This document shows positions 26,855-32,000 of a stretch of 32,000 nt of DNA, in pieces. Every line of letters starts with the position of its first letter. Position 1 is the first letter of the stretch. Both the position numbers and the translations under genes were made by a program. Source of the DNA: Dickeya dadantii NCPPB 898 (lineage in GTDB: Bacteria; Pseudomonadota; Gammaproteobacteria; Enterobacterales; Enterobacteriaceae); contig NZ_CM001976.1 of NCBI RefSeq assembly GCF_000406145.1, positions 1,922,061 through 1,954,060 of the forward strand, written 5' to 3'. Under the pieces are notes generated by a model that worked only from the letters and a program-made list of their open reading frames with translations, was not told where the DNA came from and did not search any database.

Positions 26855-27541
26855 TTACGGCGCCGTCCGCCAGTCTTGTACGATCTGACCCCAGTTTGCC
26901 ACCTCGTCTTCATGCTCCGCTTCACGCCAGGTTTCCGTCAGCGCCTGCTGGTACCATAACTGCATCGCCGGCTGCGCCAGCATGTGGCTGGCGTAGCGTT
27001 CAGCCTCGCCGGTCAGCGTCAGGCCGTAGGTTTGCGCCCGAAATACCACCGGGGCGAAAAACGCGTCTACCGCGCTGAACCGCGCGCCCGCCAGAAACGG
27101 CCCGCCAAACCGCTGTATGCCTTCCCGCCACAGCTGATTCAGCCGATCGATATCGCTCTGCAACGCTGGGGTGATGGCGTGCAGCTTCACCCGCACGCCG
27201 CAGCTCATCGAACACTGGTTGCGCAGCGCGCCGAAGCCGGAGTGCATTTCCGCCGCCGCGCTGCGCGCCCAGGCGCGAGCGGCCTTATCCTGCGGCCAGA
27301 CCGACGGGTGGTTTTCCGCCAGATACTCGGTGATGGCCAACGAATCCCAGACGGTGATGTCGTCATCCGTCAGGCACGGCACCTTGCCGGTCGGCGAGAA
27401 GGTTTTGAAGGCGGTCTGAACCGGGCCGGACGCAAACGGGGTCAGCCGCTCTTCAAACGGGATATCCAGTACTTTTAGCAGGATCCAGGGGCGCAGCGAC
27501 CAGGACGAATAGTTTTTATTGGCGATGTGCAACTGATACAT
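26855..27541 (-). CDS. Glutathione S-transferase family protein
   Basis: MYQLHIANKNYSSWSLRPWILLKVLDIPFEE...GKVPCL...VWDSLAITEYL is a thioredoxin-like GST N-domain, followed by a helical C-domain. Length is 228 aa. Confidence 0.78.
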   Translation of the reverse strand: MYQLHIANKNYSSWSLRPWILLKVLDIPFEERLTPFASGPVQTAFKTFSPTGKVPCLTDDDITVWDSLAITEYLAENHPSVWPQDKAARAWARSAAAEMHSGFGALRNQCSMSCGVRVKLHAITPALQSDIDRLNQLWREGIQRFGGPFLAGARFSAVDAFFAPVVFRAQTYGLTLTGEAERYASHMLAQPAMQLWYQQALTETWREAEHEDEVANWGQIVQDWRTAP

Positions 27542-27640
27542 GTTTTCCTCCGTGGGGATGTAAGGTGGTGTATAACCGTATCGTCCAGATGTACCACGAA
27601 ATCAGTGGCATGGCACCGTCTGATTGGCGGGAAAACCGTC

Positions 27641-28417
27641 TCAGGCCAGCAGCACTTGTCCGCAGGCCGCCTGTAGCGCGGGGTAATCGGCGTTGTGGAC
27701 GCTGGCGGCGTCGGTAATCAGCATGTCGATATCGGTGGGGGCGGCATAGAGAATGCGGCTGGTCACGCCGACCTTGCTGTGATCCGCCAGCATGATGCGT
27801 TGTCTGGCGCAGCGCGCCATCGCGCCCGCAATCGCCGCTTCATGATGGGAGAAGCTGCTGGCGCCGGACTGGCTGGCGATGCCGACCGGCGACAGCAGCG
27901 CGATATCGGCGCGGTAGCGCTGGATTTCCATTACCGTCAGCGCACCGCTGGTGGCCTGTGCGGACGCGCCCATGTGCCCGCCGAGCAGAATCACCTCGTG
28001 CGGCAAGCGTTCATCAGCGTCACCGGAAGTGAGTTTCAGCGCCACATTCAGGCTGTTGGTGATGATAGTCATGCCCGGCAGAGGGAGAAGTTCGCCAGCC
28101 AGTAGGGTGGTGGTGCTGCCGGCGTCGATAAACAGCGTCTGACCGGCTTTTAGCTGCTGTACCGCCAGCCGGGCGATCGCCAGCTTTTCCTGTTCCCGCA
28201 CCGTGTTGCGCACCGACAGCGGCGGCTCCGGTTCGGCGCCGGTCGCGACGATGCCGCCATGCACCCGGCGCAGCACGCCTTGCGCTTCCAGCTTGAGCAC
28301 ATCGCGCCGCACGGTTTCCCGCGATACCCCCAAATGCTGAATGATGTGGTCGGTAGTGACCCGGTTAAGGGACGACAGCAGCAGGCGGATACGGTGCAGG
28401 CGGGTTTCTTCAAGCAT
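27641..28417 (-). CDS. DeoR-family transcriptional regulator
   Basis: The HTH is VTTDHIIQHLGVSRETVRRDVLKLEAQGVLRRVHGGI, followed by a DeoR C-terminal domain. It is divergent from the aminotransferase gene. Confidence 0.85.
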   Translation of the reverse strand: MLEETRLHRIRLLLSSLNRVTTDHIIQHLGVSRETVRRDVLKLEAQGVLRRVHGGIVATGAEPEPPLSVRNTVREQEKLAIARLAVQQLKAGQTLFIDAGSTTTLLAGELLPLPGMTIITNSLNVALKLTSGDADERLPHEVILLGGHMGASAQATSGALTVMEIQRYRADIALLSPVGIASQSGASSFSHHEAAIAGAMARCARQRIMLADHSKVGVTSRILYAAPTDIDMLITDAASVHNADYPALQAACGQVLLA

Positions 28418-28793
28418 CAGCGGGCATTCTCTCGGTCAGGTAGCGGTCGCCGCCATTATAACGACAAGGCGGCGGACGATCAGGGTCGACAGACAATACG
28501 TCGATTGTGTGATTTTGTGCTTTTTAGCATAACAGCTGTGCAGATTTTGGCAATTGGGCGAGGTGAAACATGTCGGAACGAGCGATATTTATCTATTTAT
28601 TTGTTTTTTATTTAATTTTATCTGGGGTTTTATGCGGCGATTTGGCGTGCCCGGCCGCCGTGGCGATGCACTTTTTTGGTGATTTTTACGTCGCAAAATA
28701 GTGCGTATTTTTGTATTTGTGTATTTTGTTGCTTTTGGTGTAGGGTAGTGCTCATCAGGCGGCACCGGAGAGCCGGCGGCCATCACGCGTTGG

Positions 28794-28826
28794 GTACATT
28801 ACTTTCATTGAGTACATTACTTTCAT
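28794..28826 (+). promoter_or_regulatory. Direct repeat GTACATTACTTTCAT, two copies at 18-bp spacing, abutting the aminotransferase RBS (candidate operator)
   Basis: The 15-nt cores at 28794-28808 and 28812-28826 are identical. The TGGAG RBS at 28828 and the ATG at 28838 follow directly. The repeat lies in the 420-bp AT-rich divergent region shared with the DeoR gene. Confidence 0.5.
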
Positions 28827-28837
28827 CTGGAGTCATC

Positions 28838-30178
28838 ATGGCGACACGTTCAACCATCATGGATACCAACAGCTTCCGTGCGGAACATGCGGCGGCACTG
28901 ACAGACGACATCCGCACGCTGACGGAAAAACGCGGCAGGGTGCTGGGCGATTCTTACCGGCTGTTCTACCGCAACCCGGTGCATCTGGTGCGCGGCGAGA
29001 AGCAATATCTGTGGGATGCGGCAGGCAACCAGTATCTGGACGTGTACAACAACGTCGCCAGCATCGGCCATTGCCACCCGGCGGTGATTGAGGCGGTGCA
29101 CGCGCAGATGTGTCAGCTCAACACCCACACCCGTTACCTGCACGATCGCATTCTGGATTACACCGAAGACCTGCTGACGCTGGTACCGAAGGCGATCACC
29201 AAAGCGATGTACATGTGCACCGGTTCCGAAGCCAACGATCTGGCGATTCGGGTGGCTCGCGCCTACAGCGGCGGCACCGGGATTATCGTCACCCGCGAGG
29301 CGTATCACGGCACCAGCGAGCTGACCTCCGGCGCGTCGCCGGCGCTGGGCAGCGGTCAGCCGATTGCCGCGACTACCCGGCTGGTGCCGGCGCCGGACCG
29401 TTATCGCGTCGACGCGCCGGATCTGGGCGCCTGGTTTGCCAATCAAATCCAGCAGCAGATCGATGACATGGCTGCTCACGGCATCAAATTCGCCGGTTTC
29501 CTCGCCGATTCGATTTTCTCCTCCGACGGTGTGCTGCCGGGGCCGGCCGGCTATTTGCAAGCCGCTATTGATGTGGTGCACGCCAACGGCGGCATTTTCA
29601 TCGCCGACGAAGTGCAACCGGGCTTTGCCCGCACCGGCGACGCCTTCTGGGGCTTTGCCCGTCACGGCATCGTGCCGGACATCATCACGATGGGGAAACC
29701 GATGGGCAACGGTATCCCGGTATCGGCGCTGCTGGCGAAACCCGAGGTGCTGGCGGCGTTCAGCGACGAGATCCCCTATTTCAACACCTTCGGCGGTAAC
29801 CCGGTATCGATGGCGGCCGCGCAGGCGGTGCTGAAGGTGATCCGTGAAGAGAAACTGCAGGAGCACAGCAAGGTGGTGGGCGCCCGGTTGTTGAAAGAGC
29901 TGGCCGGACTGGCGGATCGCCATGCCTGCGTCGGCGACGTGCGCGGCGCCGGGCTGTTCATTGGTTTCGAACTGGTCAGCGACCGCGACAACAAGACGCC
30001 GGATAAGGTACGGGCGCTGAATGTAATCGAACGGCTGCGTGAACAGCGCGTGTTGACCTCAGTGGCCGGCCCGCACGGCAACGTGCTGAAACTGCGCCCG
30101 ACGCTGGCGTTTCAGGAACACGATATCGACTGGCTGGTCGGCGCGCTGGACAAGGCGCTGAGCGCCACCGCCTCCTGA
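28838..30178 (+). CDS. Class-III PLP-dependent aminotransferase-fold enzyme, AGXT2-like branch (possible phospho-lyase)
   Basis: ORF 28676..30178 trimmed to the ATG at 28838 (MATRSTIMDTNSF...). NNVASIGHCHPAVIEAV, GSEANDLAIRVAR, FIADEVQPGFARTG and TMGKPMGNG (PLP lysine) are present. Length is 446 aa. Confidence 0.88.
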   Translation: MATRSTIMDTNSFRAEHAAALTDDIRTLTEKRGRVLGDSYRLFYRNPVHLVRGEKQYLWDAAGNQYLDVYNNVASIGHCHPAVIEAVHAQMCQLNTHTRYLHDRILDYTEDLLTLVPKAITKAMYMCTGSEANDLAIRVARAYSGGTGIIVTREAYHGTSELTSGASPALGSGQPIAATTRLVPAPDRYRVDAPDLGAWFANQIQQQIDDMAAHGIKFAGFLADSIFSSDGVLPGPAGYLQAAIDVVHANGGIFIADEVQPGFARTGDAFWGFARHGIVPDIITMGKPMGNGIPVSALLAKPEVLAAFSDEIPYFNTFGGNPVSMAAAQAVLKVIREEKLQEHSKVVGARLLKELAGLADRHACVGDVRGAGLFIGFELVSDRDNKTPDKVRALNVIERLREQRVLTSVAGPHGNVLKLRPTLAFQEHDIDWLVGALDKALSATAS

Positions 30179-30184
30179 CGTTTT

Positions 30185-30214
30185 CGTGCCGGCGCTCGTC
30201 GGCACGTTCCTCTT
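30185..30214 (+). terminator. Candidate rho-independent terminator after the aminotransferase gene
   Basis: CGTGCCG (30185-30191) pairs with CGGCACG (30200-30206), followed by the T-rich TTCCTCTT. Confidence 0.55.
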
Positions 30215-30397
30215 GCCGTACGGGACTTGCTTTATGGTTCGCCAGCCCTTGTGCTGTGTCACACCATCAGCGGGAAATGCGCGATATCCATTTTTCCGCT
30301 GACGGTTTTGTGGCACATTAGCCGCCTTGTCTTGTCACTATCAGCGGGCAGGTTGTCGTTCCTTAACCGGCAGCTGCACAAGGAATTCGCAATAACA

Positions 30398-32000
30398 ATG
30401 AAATGGTTTACTTCACTGGCGCTCGCGGTCGGTCTGGCCTGTAGCCCGCTTTGGGCGCAGACGCCCCTGCAACAGACTGCGCCGCAGGCGGCTTCCGCCC
30501 AGCAGCGCGATGCCTTCGTTAACGACCTAATGAAAAAAATGACGCTGGATGAAAAGATCGGGCAGCTCCGCCTGATCAGCGTCGGACCGGATAACCCGAA
30601 ACAGGCCATTCGCGACATGATCCGCAACGGTCAGGTCGGCGGGATTTTCAACACCGTCACCCGGCAGGACATTCGGGCGATGCAGGATCAGGTGATGCAG
30701 CTTAGCCGCCTGAAAATTCCACTGTTCTTCGCTTATGACGTGGTGCACGGCCAGCGTACCGTGTTCCCGATCGGTCTGGGGCTGGCGTCGAGCTGGGACA
30801 TGAGCGCCGTGGAGCTGTCGGCGAAGATCGCCGCGTATGAAGCCACCGAAGACGGCCTGAACATGACCTGGGCGCCGATGGTCGATATTACCCGCGATCC
30901 GCGCTGGGGGCGTGTCTCCGAAGGCTTTGGCGAAGACACCTATCTGACCAGCGAAATCGCCCGCGTGATGGTGAAAGGTTTTCAGGGCGACGACCTGACC
31001 GGTCGCCATTCGCTGATGACCAGCGTGAAGCACTATGCGCTGTATGGCGCGGCGGAAGGCGGTCGTGACTACAACACCGTCGATATGAGCCCGCAGCGCA
31101 TGTTCCAGGATTACATGCCGCCGTACAAAGCGGCGATTGACGCGGGCAGCTACGGCGTGATGGCGTCGCTCAACTCCATCAACGGCGTGCCGGCTACCGC
31201 CAACCGCTGGTTGCTGAAAGACGTGTTGCGCGACCAGTGGCATTTCAAAGGCATCACCATCAGCGACCACGGCGCTATTAAAGAGCTGATCAAGCACGGC
31301 GTGGCGGCGGACCCGAGCGATGCATCGCGCATTGCGGTGCAGTCTGGTATCGGCATGAGCATGAGCGACGAGTATTTCGTGCGCTATCTGCCGGATCTGG
31401 TCAAGCGCGGGCTGGTCAGCATGAAGGATATCGATGACGCCTGCCGCCAGGTGCTGAACATGAAATACGATATGGGGCTGTTCCAGGACCCGTACAACCA
31501 TCTCGGCCCGGTCGGTTCCGACCCGGTGGACACCAATGCCGAAAGCCGTCTGCACCGCGAGGAAGCGCGTGACGTGGCGCGCCGCAGTCTGGTGCTGTTG
31601 AAAAACCGTCTTGATATCCTGCCGCTGAAAAAATCCGGCACCATCGCGGTGGTGGGGCCGCTGGCCGACAGTAAGCGCGACATTATCGGTAGCTGGTCCG
31701 CCGCCGGACGTCAGGCGCAGGCGGTGACGGTATACGAGGGAATCCGCAAGGCGGTGGGGTATAACGCCCGCGTTTATTACGCCAAAGGTTCCAACGTCAC
31801 CAATCATCCGGGGCTGGTCCAGTTCCTGAATCAGTATGACCAGTCGGTGGAGATCGACCCACGCACGCCGCAGGCGATGATCGATGAAGCGGTGGACGTG
31901 GCGAAGAAATCCGACGTGGTGATCGCGGTGGTAGGCGAATCTCAGGGGATGGCGCACGAAGCGTCCAGCCGCGCCAAAATTACCATTCCGCCGGAGCAAA
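30398..32000 (+). CDS. bglX: Periplasmic beta-glucosidase BglX (GH3), N-terminal 534 codons; the gene continues past the right window edge
   Basis: The ATG at 30398 gives MKWFTSLALAVGLACSPLWAQ (signal peptide), then DAFVNDLMKKMTLDEKIGQLRLISVGPDNPKQAIRDMIRNGQVGGIFNTVTRQDIRAMQDQVMQLSRLKIPLFFAYDVVHGQRTVFPI. This is near-identical to E. coli BglX and open to position 32000. It is absent from the ORF track (no stop in the window), which lists only its antisense shadow, 30527..31999. Confidence 0.93.
   Translation, partial: MKWFTSLALAVGLACSPLWAQTPLQQTAPQAASAQQRDAFVNDLMKKMTLDEKIGQLRLISVGPDNPKQAIRDMIRNGQVGGIFNTVTRQDIRAMQDQVMQLSRLKIPLFFAYDVVHGQRTVFPIGLGLASSWDMSAVELSAKIAAYEATEDGLNMTWAPMVDITRDPRWGRVSEGFGEDTYLTSEIARVMVKGFQGDDLTGRHSLMTSVKHYALYGAAEGGRDYNTVDMSPQRMFQDYMPPYKAAIDAGSYGVMASLNSINGVPATANRWLLKDVLRDQWHFKGITISDHGAIKELIKHGVAADPSDASRIAVQSGIGMSMSDEYFVRYLPDLVKRGLVSMKDIDDACRQVLNMKYDMGLFQDPYNHLGPVGSDPVDTNAESRLHREEARDVARRSLVLLKNRLDILPLKKSGTIAVVGPLADSKRDIIGSWSAAGRQAQAVTVYEGIRKAVGYNARVYYAKGSNVTNHPGLVQFLNQYDQSVEIDPRTPQAMIDEAVDVAKKSDVVIAVVGESQGMAHEASSRAKITIPPEQ

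Noticed and set aside
28540-28700. TGGCA-containing stretches in the AT-rich divergent region, considered as a sigma-54 promoter, and a TGTGA stretch near 28508, considered as a CRP site
   Set aside because: No TTGC element lies at the required spacing after TGGCA, and no TCACA half-site lies 6 nt after TGTGA.
1319-28837. N-terminal extensions of track ORFs (to 1483, 2580, 3795, 6557, 25773, 22476, 28676, 10475, 12033, 13759, 15654)
   Set aside because: In each case an internal start with an RBS reproduces the ortholog or family N-terminus. The extension is Arg/Ala-rich, overlaps the upstream gene, or merely translates an intergenic repeat.
28850-29923. 357-aa minus-strand ORF
   Set aside because: It is antisense to the class-III aminotransferase-fold gene, which has clear PLP-enzyme motifs.
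30527-31999. 490-aa minus-strand ORF, the only track ORF covering the right end of the window
   Set aside because: It is antisense to a near-perfect BglX reading frame that starts at 30398. Its product is Arg/His/Ala/Gly-rich with no recognisable motifs, which marks it as a GC-rich shadow ORF.

Overview
This window looks like chromosomal DNA from a high-GC enterobacterium, possibly a Dickeya-like member of the Pectobacteriaceae; that guess rests only on protein similarity to E. coli and on GC content. I found no rRNA, tRNA, CRISPR array, transposase or integrase. The left end (1-8.3 kb) is a conserved core block, clsB-ybhP-ybhR-ybhS-ybhF-ybhG on the minus strand followed by rhlE, but the E. 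coli neighbours cecR (ybiH) and ybhQ are absent. The right end (22.6-32 kb) matches a different E. coli neighbourhood, dusC ... pbpG ... bglX. It is interrupted by an AT-rich islet carrying a class IV (CYTH) adenylate cyclase, a QueH-type epoxyqueuosine reductase, a GST, and a DeoR regulator divergent from an AGXT2-like class-III aminotransferase. An accessory block lies between the two core segments (8.3-22.4 kb). Its most interesting part is a seven-gene unit at 9.6-16.5 kb: a DeoR repressor, a family-5 solute-binding protein, two ATPases, two permeases and a UgpQ-type phosphodiesterase. The composition and gene order mirror what I recall of the Agrobacterium Ti-plasmid acc (agrocinopine uptake and catabolism) operon, and the codon choice differs visibly from the flanking genes. 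The rest of the accessory block holds two AraC regulators, a YtfF-like DMT transporter, a PepT paralog and an orphan DppA-like binding protein. Several intergenic regions contain short phased tandem repeats (three with a 16-bp period, one with an 18-bp period) that no gene call explains. Many long ORFs in the supplied track are antisense shadows typical of GC-rich DNA. Two real genes that run off the window edges, clsB and bglX, are missing from the track.
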